Shown here in pieces: positions 18,391-27,867 of a DNA stretch of 41,261 nucleotides. How positions within the stretch are numbered: the first letter of the stretch is position 1; each line of letters begins with the position of its first letter. The notes beneath the pieces are model-generated. The model was not told the origin of the DNA, did no database searches, and saw only the letters and a list, made by a program, of their open reading frames with translations. Origin of the DNA: a virus. Both the position numbers and the translations under genes were made by a program. Location of the stretch: the IMG/VR virus record IMGVR_UViG_3300045988_167023; one strand, written 5' to 3'.

Positions 18391-18738
18391 TTATATGTTA
18401 ATAAATTTCTTCAAAGCCTCTTTGACATCATCAACTGACCGGGCGAGGATATACACCCCGCCCATTTCTTCAATCATTTTCTGGAATAGCTTTTGGCTTG
18501 GCCTCTGCTTTCCTTTTTCGTTTTTTACTTCAATTTCAAGACGAATCCCGCCTTTTATAATCCCGGAAATATCGCCCCCGCCTAATACCCCGAAAGATAT
18601 AAAACGGCAGCCAGACGATAATTTACCGGTATTCTGCCGCCAAATTTTTAAATCATCACGGCAGCCAAATTCAAGTAAAATTTCTTGTTGTATTTGATGT
18701 TCCGACTTCATTGCAGAAGATTCTTTCGTTTCAGCCAA
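18391..18738 (-). CDS. VRR-NUC domain nuclease.
   Basis: Signature pattern: E..IQQEIL, RQNTG, GxPDL-like GGGDISG, EVKNEKGKQRPSQKLF, SVDDV. Confidence 0.6.
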   Translation of the reverse strand: MAETKESSAMKSEHQIQQEILLEFGCRDDLKIWRQNTGKLSSGCRFISFGVLGGGDISGIIKGGIRLEIEVKNEKGKQRPSQKLFQKMIEEMGGVYILARSVDDVKEALKKFINI

Positions 18739-18929
18739 TAAGGCAATGTAGCGTGTTTGTCTTCCCGGTCAATTATCTCTTTGGCCCGTCGCCGGGTGAG
18801 ATAAAAATTCGGGGTATTTAACCGCTTATCTTCCGTATAAAAATAAAAATCGTGTATGAGTTTTAAAAGTTCTTCGCGCTGTTTTTTTAACGTTTTCTTG
18901 CGAGCGAAAACGATACCAAAAATATCCAT
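18708..18929 (-). CDS. Hypothetical protein.
   Basis: 73-aa ORF, basic. Confidence 0.35.
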   Translation of the reverse strand: MDIFGIVFARKKTLKKQREELLKLIHDFYFYTEDKRLNTPNFYLTRRRAKEIIDREDKHATLPYWLKRKNLLQ

Positions 18930-18953
18930 AATTTTACATCCCTAAATCTAATG

Positions 18954-19274
18954 TTAATCTGTTTTGCCGAGAGCGTCGTCCAGTGCAATAAAGGCACCGG
19001 CGACGTTTAGCGAACCGGCAAGGACATCTTGAGCCTCTTTTATTTTATTTTCAAGATGATTTATGCGTTTTTCTGCTTTTTCTAAATCATCAACCGAAAA
19101 CCAGCGTTCAATTTTAAACGGAAATTCATCTCCGAAATAAAGTATTGCCCAAGATTTTTTAGTTCTATAAACCATAAGCAAATTTTCAGCATTTGTCAGA
19201 GGGACAGGACTCTCAATTTCGGCAAAATATTGCTGCCCTTTTTCCGGTTTTTCTGCCATTGTATGAAAAATCAT
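18954..19274 (-). CDS. Hypothetical protein.
   Basis: 106-aa ORF. Confidence 0.35.
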   Translation of the reverse strand: MIFHTMAEKPEKGQQYFAEIESPVPLTNAENLLMVYRTKKSWAILYFGDEFPFKIERWFSVDDLEKAEKRINHLENKIKEAQDVLAGSLNVAGAFIALDDALGKTD

Positions 19275-19315
19275 TTTTTATACCTTTCAGAAAAGGGGCG
19301 CGAACGCCCCCGTTA

Positions 19316-20008
19316 TTATTCGTCGCTGTTTTCATCTGAATCATCGTCAACGTTTTCCAAAACTTCGTCAACTTCCTTGTCGCCGTCCTGAACCTGCTCG
19401 GCCTCAATCAAAAACGGGGCAGTCGTTACTTTTCCATTTTCTGAAACCGTCGCAATTTTCGGCTCTCTTTTCAGATTAAAAGAAACTTCAACCGAATTTT
19501 TAATTATGTCTATGCAGTTCGTTGAAATAAACACGCCAGAAGTCGGGACCGTTACTTCACCGCATAAATATCTAAATTCGATTCTATTGTATTTTTCAGA
19601 CGCTGCAGACGCTGAAATTGCCTGTCCGGAGATTATCGCACCGCGGTTAATTTCGTGGGCTACGGACGAAAACGATAGATCAATAATTTTACGGCAATTT
19701 TGAACAAGAGCTTGCGCAATCTTCGTTGTCCGTTCATCTTCGTTAATCTTTTCCAAATAACGGTTTTTGCAATCAACCACCAAACGGACAATAACCGCGT
19801 CCAGAACATCTTTTTGTTTTTGCGTCAACTCCAAATCATCAGTAAAAAACGTTCTGTTTTTCAGTTCTACCGCAATAGACGCCGCTATATCGTGCGCCAA
19901 ATCTGAATAGTGGTCAAAATTCATAACTTCCGAAAAAATATTATTTACGCATTCTTGAGCGACATCATTTTTAACATCTGCAATCGAATCATTTTGAACA
20001 ACTGTCAT
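19316..20008 (-). CDS. Replication-module protein with a strongly acidic C-terminal tail (SSB-like or DUF669-like).
   Basis: C-terminus DGDKEVDEVLENVDDDSDENSDE; immediately downstream of the helicase gene. Confidence 0.35.
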   Translation of the reverse strand: MTVVQNDSIADVKNDVAQECVNNIFSEVMNFDHYSDLAHDIAASIAVELKNRTFFTDDLELTQKQKDVLDAVIVRLVVDCKNRYLEKINEDERTTKIAQALVQNCRKIIDLSFSSVAHEINRGAIISGQAISASAASEKYNRIEFRYLCGEVTVPTSGVFISTNCIDIIKNSVEVSFNLKREPKIATVSENGKVTTAPFLIEAEQVQDGDKEVDEVLENVDDDSDENSDE

Positions 20009-21447
20009 TTTCTTTTCCTTTTTCTTGAATTTAAAACAATTTTAGCCCAGGCGTACGGATTAGAATAACCCCGCTGTTTTCCAAGCTCTAAAAGCTTGTT
20101 GAAAGCGTTGGCCTCTTTCCTCTCACGTTCTTTCTGGACTTTCTGAATTTCAACAAGTTCGGCATCAATAAATTCAATTTCACGCTGTGATTTTATAGCA
20201 TTTTCAGCACCAAAACCACAAACGGGGCAGGCGCGCAAACTTGATTTATAACAAGCATAACACTGCGGACAAGTGCGAATAAAAATTTCGTCTTCGTCCC
20301 GTTTCTGCTTACGGCGTCCCTCTAAGCTCCAATCTCTTTCGTCTTCCGGGAAACCGTGATTTTCCACATTCCGGACGTGATCCAAAATTATTGAATACTC
20401 TTTACCAGAATATGGCCGCAAAACACGTCCAGCCTGCTGCAAATAAAGCGACAAGCTTTTTGTTTTGCGTAAAAATATGGCACAACCTACAACTGGGATA
20501 TCTGTCCCCTCGGAAATGATATTGCAGGAAGTCAAGCCGTCATATCGCCCGGAGCCTAAGCCCTCAATAGCGTCGCGGCGGTCAAAATCAGACATTGTGC
20601 CGTCAATACATTTAAAATTAAAACCTGCGTTACAAAATTGCTCTGCTGTATGCCTTGCGTGTTCGATTGTTGAGCAAAAAGCAATTGCCGGCATATTTGG
20701 ACATATTTTTGAATAATGCCGGACGCAATCCCCTATAATTTGCGGCTGGTCAAGCATTTCAGACATTTGTTTAACATCATAATCACCCGCAATAGTGCGC
20801 AATGCGGAATCATCAAAGTTTATCGGCGGAGCAAAAACTCTCGGCTGCGACAAATACCCGCGTTCAATCAAGGATTTTACAGACGGGCCAAGTACGAGTT
20901 TTTCATAAACCCCGCCGGATTCTATGCCTAAACCTTTACCGTCAAGGCGTTCCGGCGTTGCTGTCAGCCCGAGCAAAAAGGCATTCGGATTTCTGTCTGT
21001 AACGTTTCGCCATTGACCTGCAACGGCGTGATGACATTCATCGGTTATAATGAAGTCAAAATAATTTGTAAACTCGTCTAATCTGCGGCCGAGCGTCTGC
21101 ACACTGGCAACGACGCACGGGCTGTTTAAATCAATATAGTTTCGCCCAAGTTCCCTATACTGAATTTGTGCAGATGATTTTATAACCGACGCGGGCGCAA
21201 TTATCGCATTCGGAATTTGAAATTTGGCCAAAGCCAAAGACGTTTGTAAAATCAATTCTTGCCGGTGAACCAAAATAACGACTTTGCTGCCCTGGCTAAT
21301 TGCTCCGTTGGCAATGTATGAAAAAATAACAGTTTTACCGGAACCGGTCGGAGACTGTCCGCAAACCGCTTTATATCCGGCGCAAAACTGGCTGTGAATA
21401 TCTTTAATGAAATTCTTTTGATAATCGCGCAAAATAAATTTTGCCAT
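20005..21447 (-). CDS. SF2 DExH-box DNA helicase with a C-terminal Cys4 zinc ribbon.
   Basis: Motifs I GQSPTGSGKT, II DECHH, III LTATPER, VI QQAGRVLR, and CPQC...CPVC. Start at MAKFIL (21447) preceded by RBS GAGGGA. Confidence 0.8.
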   Translation of the reverse strand: MAKFILRDYQKNFIKDIHSQFCAGYKAVCGQSPTGSGKTVIFSYIANGAISQGSKVVILVHRQELILQTSLALAKFQIPNAIIAPASVIKSSAQIQYRELGRNYIDLNSPCVVASVQTLGRRLDEFTNYFDFIITDECHHAVAGQWRNVTDRNPNAFLLGLTATPERLDGKGLGIESGGVYEKLVLGPSVKSLIERGYLSQPRVFAPPINFDDSALRTIAGDYDVKQMSEMLDQPQIIGDCVRHYSKICPNMPAIAFCSTIEHARHTAEQFCNAGFNFKCIDGTMSDFDRRDAIEGLGSGRYDGLTSCNIISEGTDIPVVGCAIFLRKTKSLSLYLQQAGRVLRPYSGKEYSIILDHVRNVENHGFPEDERDWSLEGRRKQKRDEDEIFIRTCPQCYACYKSSLRACPVCGFGAENAIKSQREIEFIDAELVEIQKVQKERERKEANAFNKLLELGKQRGYSNPYAWAKIVLNSRKRKRK

Positions 21448-21555
21448 TCCCTTAAATTCCCTCAATTTTAATAATATGACATATACATAAACCCAAAAAA
21501 ATAATTTGTAAAGCAAAAAAAATATAAAATAAGCAAAAATAATATAAAAAAGTTC

Positions 21556-21584
21556 TTTACAAATAAAATTTTTGATCTTATAAT
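21556..21584 (+). promoter_or_regulatory. Sigma70-like early promoter P1: TTTACA, 17-nt spacer, TATAAT, with an upstream A-tract element.
   Basis: -35 at 21556..21561 and -10 at 21579..21584, 46 nt upstream of the first plus-strand gene. The upstream 21511..21552 region is an A-tract repeat. Confidence 0.65.
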
Positions 21585-21629
21585 TGCCAGCGTAAGAGGT
21601 AATTACAAACTTTTTTAAGGGGTATTAAG

Positions 21630-21920
21630 ATGAAAAGAATGTATAATACTTTTGAAGAATTTGAACAACTGCCGCAGGAAGTTAAAAACAAAATCATTAG
21701 AGATTTGGCTGCCTATGATGAAACACACGTTTTCTTTGAACATGGTAAATATGATGTTTCGGTTGACTGGTGCTTGCGCGCAAGTTACGGCAGCGATCAC
21801 CGTTTTATCGGAGAGTGGAGCTATAAAGATTTATCTGAAAGGCTGCCGGAGCTTAAAAAAGCCCGTGAGGATTATCTGAATGAGTGCAGCAACTATAACT
21901 GGGACGCTTTAAATGATTAA
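21630..21920 (+). CDS. First early gene; acidic 96-aa hypothetical protein.
   Basis: RBS AAGGGG upstream; directly after P1. Confidence 0.5.
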   Translation: MKRMYNTFEEFEQLPQEVKNKIIRDLAAYDETHVFFEHGKYDVSVDWCLRASYGSDHRFIGEWSYKDLSERLPELKKAREDYLNECSNYNWDALND

Positions 21921-22728
21921 AACAACAATCAGATGTTCGAGCCTGCCGCATTATTCAGATTGCCCGCGCAAGGCTGCCGCAAAAATGATTTTACAAGAGC
22001 TGGTAACGGACGGTTACCAGCTAAAGGCTTTACCGACATCAGTCGGGGCAGCCGTTGGAACTGCAACGCATAACGGGATTGAAACGGCTTTACTTCTGCG
22101 CCAAGAGGGGCATACATACGAAAAAGAACTTGCGGAAACCGTAGAATTAAGCATAAATTCGTCAATTTCAAATGGGATTTTGTGGGACGATACGACACCT
22201 ACAAAAGAAGTTGCAATCAAGCAAGCTATTCGTATGGCCAAATCGGTAGTAAATTTTTTTCCTGAATTAAAAGGCGTTGAAATCGAAGAGGAATACAAGG
22301 CGAATCTTGGAAATAATTTTACTTTATCCGGTCATATTGATATACGGCTCGGAAATGAAATTTTGGACGTCAAAACAGGAGCGCGGCGCAGGGCTAACCA
22401 AGCGCAATATGGCGGTTATTCTTTGCTTTGCAAGAGCAACGGAATAAAAATAAAATCGCTCGGTGAAATTTATGTTCGGAGAATCGGCATAACAAAGCCG
22501 CAGCCTGATCCTGATTTTGTGCTGTATCCTATTGCAGACGCTGAACGGCTGGCTTGGGATACAATACAGCAGATAAAAAGCAGCATTGAAAATTACCGGA
22601 AAGAACACAGCCCTAACGTATGGCTTGCGAATCCAAACTCAATGATGTGTACGCCGGATTATTGCCCGGCTTATAACTCAAATTTTTGTAATTGTCATAA
22701 GGGAGAGATAAAAAATGACAGAAGATAA
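21913..22728 (+). CDS. PD-(D/E)XK exonuclease, Cas4/RecB-like, with a Cys cluster.
   Basis: Motifs GHIDI and ILDVKTG (D...D/ExK). Cysteines RCSS...C at the N-terminus and CTPDYCPAYNSNFCNC at the C-terminus. Confidence 0.55.
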   Translation: MIKTTIRCSSLPHYSDCPRKAAAKMILQELVTDGYQLKALPTSVGAAVGTATHNGIETALLLRQEGHTYEKELAETVELSINSSISNGILWDDTTPTKEVAIKQAIRMAKSVVNFFPELKGVEIEEEYKANLGNNFTLSGHIDIRLGNEILDVKTGARRRANQAQYGGYSLLCKSNGIKIKSLGEIYVRRIGITKPQPDPDFVLYPIADAERLAWDTIQQIKSSIENYRKEHSPNVWLANPNSMMCTPDYCPAYNSNFCNCHKGEIKNDRR

Positions 22729-23632
22729 CGAAACTAAAAAAGATTTAGTCGTTGCAGAACAGCAACCGCCTTTAACCGATGTTTTTTCAAATGTCAAAGC
22801 GTTCACCGACGCACAAAGGATTTGTAAAGCCTTGACGCAAAGCGGGATTGTTCCTGTATCTTATCAAGGTGAGCAGAATCTACCAAACGCAATGGTAGCG
22901 CTTGAAATGGCTAACCGTATCGGTATTTCTCCGATTTCGGTAATGCAGAATTTACACGTTATTGAGGGGCGCCCGTCGTGGTCTTCAAACTTTATTATCT
23001 CAATGCTTAATTCGTCCGGGAAATTCACCCCGTTACGCTTTAAGTACGAAAATAGAGGGCCGAAAAAATTTATACGTTCTTATAAAAAATGGAGCAAAGC
23101 TAAAAATTGCTATGAAGATTTTAAAGAAGAGGCCGAGGCCGAAGATATAATTTGTTCAGCTTATGCCACAGATAAATTGACGGGTGAAGTAATCGAGGGG
23201 CCAGAGGCAAGCGTTGAAATGGCTATGCAAGAGGGCTGGTTGACTAAAAACGGCAGCAAGTGGCGCACAATGCCTAAGCTTATGCTGGCATATCGTGCAG
23301 CTGCATTTTTCGGCCGTCTATATGCTCCAGAGCTACTGCTGGGAATACACTCCGATGATGAATTGAACGACATCGCGCCGAGCATTCCCAGCGCGCCGAA
23401 AATAATTGAACCCGACGGAGATATACCGCCTATTATTGAGGTTGAAACAAAACAAGAGGCTGAACCGGAAGAAATCGAAGTTGAAGTAATTACAGATAAA
23501 GCCCCGGAAACAGTTGAAGAAAAAGTTGCGGCTATTATTGAGCCGGAAAAGAAACCGCAGCAGCCTGCGCCGGAGAAAAAAGCCCCTGCCGCAGCTGCAA
23601 AAGCGCCGTTTATGTTTAATTTTGAAGAATGA
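22715..23632 (+). CDS. RecT-family ssDNA annealing protein.
   Basis: Motif AMQEGWLTKNGSKWRTMPKLMLAYRAAAFFGRLYAPELL. Confidence 0.7.
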   Translation: MTEDNETKKDLVVAEQQPPLTDVFSNVKAFTDAQRICKALTQSGIVPVSYQGEQNLPNAMVALEMANRIGISPISVMQNLHVIEGRPSWSSNFIISMLNSSGKFTPLRFKYENRGPKKFIRSYKKWSKAKNCYEDFKEEAEAEDIICSAYATDKLTGEVIEGPEASVEMAMQEGWLTKNGSKWRTMPKLMLAYRAAAFFGRLYAPELLLGIHSDDELNDIAPSIPSAPKIIEPDGDIPPIIEVETKQEAEPEEIEVEVITDKAPETVEEKVAAIIEPEKKPQQPAPEKKAPAAAAKAPFMFNFEE

Positions 23633-23642
23633 GGAAAAAAAT

Positions 23643-25310
23643 ATGTTAAAATTTGAAGTCGAAAATTTTATGGGTTGCAAAAAGGCAAACGTTGAAACAA
23701 GCCAAATTTCATTTATTTGCGGGTTAAATCATCAGGGAAAAAGCTCGTTTTTAACGGCTGTATCTGGAGCTTTAACCGGGCAGCCGGTTGTTTTAGGGTT
23801 GCGCAAAACTGATCTCGGTATGCTGGTTTATACCGGGAAAGCCTCCGGGAAAGTAAAAATTGAAAATGAAGACAGTAGCGTTTCTGTAACATATCCAAAA
23901 GCGGAATTATTGACTGAGGGAGAGAATCCGCCGACAACTTCGAAAATTGCGGCCGGTATGGAAAGCTTGATTGATTTTTCAGAGAAAAAAAGGTCTGAAT
24001 TTATCCGCAATTTAACCGAATGCGTCCCCTCTAAAACAGATTTAGAAGAATTTTTGGCCGAACGATTTATTACTAAAAAAAATGTAGTCGAGGCTGTTTG
24101 GCAAAAGGTAGATCAGGACGGATTTGACGCAAGCTTGGAACGGGCAAAGGATACCGGCAGAGCATTAAAACAGCAATGGTCTATGGTTACGGGCGAAACC
24201 TACGGCAGCAATAAAGCGCAGACTTGGCAGCCGCAGGGCTGGACTTCCGACCTTGTTGACGTTTCAGAAGAATCCTTGCAAGCTGATTTAACAGGTTTGC
24301 AGGCAGAATTGGAAAATTTAATCAGTCATCAGGCCATTGACGAAAACGAATTGGCTAAATTGAGAGAAACAGCTAGCGATTCTGTCTTGGCGCAGCTTAA
24401 AATTGACCGGGATAAAACTATTACAGAATTAGCAATGGCCCGTAAATCATTTTATGAATTTAAGCGCGAATTTGACGAACTGCCGAAATATGATGAAAGC
24501 GGGAAAAAACTTTGTCCGCATTGCGGAAAACCTTTGACTATCAAAGGCGGAGAGCTGGCCGAGTTTATCGAACCCAGCGCCGAAGAAAAGACAGCCGTTC
24601 AGAAAAAACGCACGGAATTGTCCGAAAAAATGCAAAAAGCTGATATTGAAGTTAAACGTCTGGAATCGCTTTACGCCGTTTCTTTATCGAAAGTAGAAGA
24701 AACGGAAAAAGCAAATAAACGCCTTTACGAGCTTGAACGGAAATCGTCAGGAAATGCCAGCCAGCGAGATATTGACTTAAAGCGTGAAGAAATCCGCAAG
24801 CAGCAAGAGGGAATTGCAGCATTTAAGGCAGCCAAAGAGGCTAAAAGACTGGCGCAGAATATTATTGAAAATCAGGCAATAATTGACGCGTTGGATATGT
24901 CGGGAATCCGTCAAAAATCAATGCTTAAAGGCTTGCAAATTTTCAATGCTCAATTATCCGAAATCTGCAATACAGCAGGTTGGGGAACTGTTAAAATCGA
25001 TAATGATTTAACTATTTTAATGGGTGATCGCCCTTATATTCTGCTTTCAGAGAGCGAAAAAATGCGCTGCCGCATAACTCTTCAAATGGCTGTAGCTATT
25101 ATGCAGGACGATAAAATTGTTATTATCGACGGTGCAGAAATTCTTGATAAAAACGGAAAATCAGGGCTGTTAAATCTTCTTTATTTAACGCACATTGACG
25201 CTTTAATTGGTATGATGTGCAGCGATCCGGCGAAAGCCCCGCGCGTAGATGATTGCGGAATAAGAAGTTATTGGGCTAACAATGGGGTTTTTGAATTGAT
25301 AAAGGATTGA
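23643..25310 (+). CDS. SbcC/Rad50-like ATPase with a zinc hook.
   Basis: Walker A GLNHQGKSS; a long central coiled coil containing CPHCGKP; Walker B IVIIDGAEILD. Start at MLKFEV after RBS GAGGAAAAAAAT. Confidence 0.6.
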   Translation: MLKFEVENFMGCKKANVETSQISFICGLNHQGKSSFLTAVSGALTGQPVVLGLRKTDLGMLVYTGKASGKVKIENEDSSVSVTYPKAELLTEGENPPTTSKIAAGMESLIDFSEKKRSEFIRNLTECVPSKTDLEEFLAERFITKKNVVEAVWQKVDQDGFDASLERAKDTGRALKQQWSMVTGETYGSNKAQTWQPQGWTSDLVDVSEESLQADLTGLQAELENLISHQAIDENELAKLRETASDSVLAQLKIDRDKTITELAMARKSFYEFKREFDELPKYDESGKKLCPHCGKPLTIKGGELAEFIEPSAEEKTAVQKKRTELSEKMQKADIEVKRLESLYAVSLSKVEETEKANKRLYELERKSSGNASQRDIDLKREEIRKQQEGIAAFKAAKEAKRLAQNIIENQAIIDALDMSGIRQKSMLKGLQIFNAQLSEICNTAGWGTVKIDNDLTILMGDRPYILLSESEKMRCRITLQMAVAIMQDDKIVIIDGAEILDKNGKSGLLNLLYLTHIDALIGMMCSDPAKAPRVDDCGIRSYWANNGVFELIKD

Positions 25311-25311
25311 T

Positions 25312-25524
25312 ATGGAAAATAATTTTGAACAATTTTTAACCATTAAAGAACTTGCTGCACGTTGGCGGAAATGTATTTATACAATATATCGCTGGAAAGA
25401 TAGCAAGCCGGATTTTCCTGCTCAATTCAGACAAGGAGAAAAAGGCATTGTCTTTGATATTCAAGATGTTATCCGCTATGAACAGAGGATAAAAGCAAAA
25501 AAAAGCAAAAAAAAGCAAAAATAA
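25312..25524 (+). CDS. Small HTH DNA-binding protein (excisionase/AlpA-like fold) with a basic tail.
   Basis: Motif LTIKELAARW...IYRW; C-terminus KAKKSKKKQK. Confidence 0.5.
   Translation: MENNFEQFLTIKELAARWRKCIYTIYRWKDSKPDFPAQFRQGEKGIVFDIQDVIRYEQRIKAKKSKKKQK
25491..25520 (+). repeat. (AAAAGCAAAA)x3 perfect tandem repeat; phased A-tracts.
   Basis: Read directly. Has a 10-bp period. Overlaps the 3' end of the HTH gene and lies upstream of P2. Confidence 0.9.
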
Positions 25525-25536
25525 TACAAAAAAGTG

Positions 25537-25566
25537 TTGCATTTTATTTTTTAGGGTTTATATTTA
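25537..25566 (+). promoter_or_regulatory. Putative promoter P2 (TTGCAT ... TATTTA), homologous to P1.
   Basis: The 22-mer AAGCAAAAATAATAYAAAAAAG at 25512 matches 21531 with one mismatch, and -35/-10-like hexamers follow in both copies. Confidence 0.4.
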
Positions 25567-25598
25567 GTGATGTGAGGTAAATATAAACCCTTTTTTAT
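25554..25598 (+). terminator. Rho-independent terminator overlapping P2.
   Basis: Perfect 13-bp stem gggtttatattta/taaatataaaccc with an 11-nt loop, followed by TTTTTT. Confidence 0.7.
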
Positions 25599-25610
25599 AG
25601 GAGCAATACG

Positions 25611-25784
25611 ATGAATATTGATAAATTTATTTCCGAATTACATATTGTGATTGAAAAAATGGAACAATATGGCGGATCTTTTGAAAAAGCTCTTGCGAAA
25701 ACTTTAATGTATGCAGATTTGGCAAACGCCAATAAAATAAAGCAAGCTTTTCCTGAACTTTGGGAAAAATGGCTTAAATTTTAA
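25611..25784 (+). CDS. Small hypothetical protein (57 aa; not in the supplied track).
   Basis: RBS AGGAG 7 nt upstream of the ATG. Reads MNIDKFISELHIVIEKMEQYGG.... Confidence 0.5.
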   Translation: MNIDKFISELHIVIEKMEQYGGSFEKALAKTLMYADLANANKIKQAFPELWEKWLKF

Positions 25785-25807
25785 TTTTAATGCAGGAGAT
25801 AAAGAAT

Positions 25808-25954
25808 ATGAAAATATTTTTAACAAACTTTTTTATCGGTTTTTTCTGGATTCTTTTTATTCTTTTTGTCGGGATTCCTGCTATTGCCTTGACCGATAGC
25901 GCACAAGAACCGATTACGTTTCAATCAATCCAAAAACTTTATCGGGGGGAATAA
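25808..25954 (+). CDS. Small hydrophobic membrane peptide (48 aa; not in the supplied track).
   Basis: RBS AGGAGA upstream; reads MKIFLTNFFIGFFWILFILFVGIPAIAL. TAATG overlap with the next gene. Confidence 0.45.
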   Translation: MKIFLTNFFIGFFWILFILFVGIPAIALTDSAQEPITFQSIQKLYRGE

Positions 25955-26139
25955 TGATAAATCAGATGACGCTTGCAGAGGCTTTAATTGGATTGCAGAG
26001 AATTAAAGACAAAATTGAACTTCACGAAATGGCGAACGATATGTATTATTCAAGCGCGCAGCACGTTGAAGACGAACAGGAATTAAAATTTTGGCAAAAA
26101 AGAGTTAAAGAGTTGGAGGTAACCGATGACAGAATTTAG
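25954..26139 (+). CDS. Hypothetical protein.
   Basis: 61 aa, translationally coupled to its neighbours. Confidence 0.45.
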   Translation: MINQMTLAEALIGLQRIKDKIELHEMANDMYYSSAQHVEDEQELKFWQKRVKELEVTDDRI

Positions 26140-27049
26140 CATAAATTTAGAATTTGCACAACGAGCTTTTAACGGAACTTCATTTAATCCTGAACGCCGC
26201 GGCGAACTTTTTGTAAAAGATTTTGACGATTTATTACTCTGCATTAAAAATAAAATTTTTTCTGATAAAATTCTTTTAGACGGGCAAAAGCAGGAAATTT
26301 ACGAAAGAATTGCCAGCAAGCTTAAAGTTCTGGCTGAAAAATATTTATCCGCCGAATCGCGTAGCGTTTCATCTATGATTGTAGGACCGGCGAAGTTTCC
26401 AGTTGCGCGCCAGCAAAAAGTTATGCGCAGCGTTGAAAAAAATCTTAATGAATATGTTGACCGTATTGAATGGCTGCAAAATGGTGGGTTAAGTAAAATA
26501 TTATATCGGAATTATCCAGATGAGGCGAAAAAGGAGCTTGATGAAAAGGAAGACGAAAAAAAACTTATGGTTAATGCGAAATTGTTTGTTGAAAACAAGA
26601 TTTCGGAAAAAGATCCAGAAGTGTTTACTTTTAACGCTTTCCCGCATTTAAAAGGCTGCTTTGAAACCTGCGCAAAACATAAATCTTTTAATGCCTGCCG
26701 CAAGTGTATTGAATTTTTGGAAAGCCAGCTTGATTTTTGCCGCATACAGCGCAATATAACTATTCTTAAAAGGATTTTATCAGAGGCAGAGGAAAAAAGC
26801 GCAGAAACGCCGGAAAAATCTGTTAAACAGCAAGATTTTAAACATTTTATAGTTATCGAAAACGAACAAATAAACCGTTATCAAATAATTTTCGGCGGCA
26901 AGCCTGCCCCTGAAATTATTAAAAATCTTAAAGAAAACGGCTTTAAATGGGCGCCCAGTCAAAAAGCTTGGCAGCGGCAAATAACAATTAACGGCAAGCT
27001 TGCAATTAAACGCTTTGCGGAATTTATGGAGACAATCGACGATGAGTAA
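26126..27049 (+). CDS. Hypothetical 307-aa protein.
   Basis: Largest unknown early protein; C-terminus NRYQIIFGGKPAPEIIKNLKENGFKWAPSQKAWQRQ. Confidence 0.5.
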   Translation: MTEFSINLEFAQRAFNGTSFNPERRGELFVKDFDDLLLCIKNKIFSDKILLDGQKQEIYERIASKLKVLAEKYLSAESRSVSSMIVGPAKFPVARQQKVMRSVEKNLNEYVDRIEWLQNGGLSKILYRNYPDEAKKELDEKEDEKKLMVNAKLFVENKISEKDPEVFTFNAFPHLKGCFETCAKHKSFNACRKCIEFLESQLDFCRIQRNITILKRILSEAEEKSAETPEKSVKQQDFKHFIVIENEQINRYQIIFGGKPAPEIIKNLKENGFKWAPSQKAWQRQITINGKLAIKRFAEFMETIDDE

Positions 27050-27263
27050 AAACACGTCCGTAAGTTCAAAAAATTTACAAACGCTTTTCTATTTTTTAAG
27101 GCTTGGCTATAAAGCCCGCCTGAAGTGGTGGAAAAAAGATCAGTTTGTTTATTTTGACCGTTCAACATCTACATTCAAATTAAATAGCGGCCAAATATTC
27201 AGCTTTTCGATTGAGGAAGAAAAAAAATTTAATCGTTGGTATATTGGAGAAAAAATTGACTGA
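27042..27263 (+). CDS. Hypothetical protein.
   Basis: Start at MSKNTS with an ATGA overlap to the upstream gene; the track ORF starts at 27000. Confidence 0.4.
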   Translation: MSKNTSVSSKNLQTLFYFLRLGYKARLKWWKKDQFVYFDRSTSTFKLNSGQIFSFSIEEEKKFNRWYIGEKID

Positions 27264-27858
27264 TAGTAAAGATTGGACAGGTAATAAAGCAAGCGTTTAT
27301 AAAACGCTTGCAGCCTCAAACCATAGTAATTCTGAACGCGAAAAAAACGATTTTTACGCGACGGATCCGAAAGCAATTGACCTGCTTTTAGAAAAAGAAA
27401 AATTTTCAGATTTAATTTGGGAGCCTGCCTGCGGACAAGGTCATTTAAGCAAACGTCTGGAGCAAAACGGCTATGAAGTATTGTCAACCGATTTAATTGA
27501 TAGAGGTTTTGGAATAGCCGGCGTAAATTTTTTAAATCAAGGCTCTGCTCCTGCCGGTTGTGATATTATCACAAACCCACCGTATAAATTTGCCGTTGAT
27601 TTTACAATTCGGGCTTTGAACCTTTTAGAGCCAGGGCACAAACTTGCATTATTTCTTAAAATTCAGTTTTTAGAGGGAAAAGAGAGGAAAAAGCTATTTT
27701 TAAATTTTCCACCGAAAAAAATTTACGTTTCAAGTTCAAGGCTTAAATGCGCTATCAACGGTGATTTTGAAAATATAAACAGTTCCGCTGTTTGTTATGC
27801 GTGGTTTGTCTGGGAAAAAGGCTATAAAGGCCAAACTATTATTGATTGGATAAATTAA
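27211..27858 (+). CDS. Orphan amino DNA methyltransferase (motif I EPACGQG, motif IV NPPY).
   Basis: Motifs in the order I then IV. A likelier start is TTG at 27256, preceded by RBS GGAG. Confidence 0.75.
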   Translation: MRKKKNLIVGILEKKLTDSKDWTGNKASVYKTLAASNHSNSEREKNDFYATDPKAIDLLLEKEKFSDLIWEPACGQGHLSKRLEQNGYEVLSTDLIDRGFGIAGVNFLNQGSAPAGCDIITNPPYKFAVDFTIRALNLLEPGHKLALFLKIQFLEGKERKKLFLNFPPKKIYVSSSRLKCAINGDFENINSSAVCYAWFVWEKGYKGQTIIDWIN

Positions 27859-27867
27859 GGGGGCTTT

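Noticed and set aside
22014-22608. Several 90-aa minus-strand ORFs inside the nuclease gene
   Set aside because: They are antisense to a gene with clear PD-(D/E)XK motifs.
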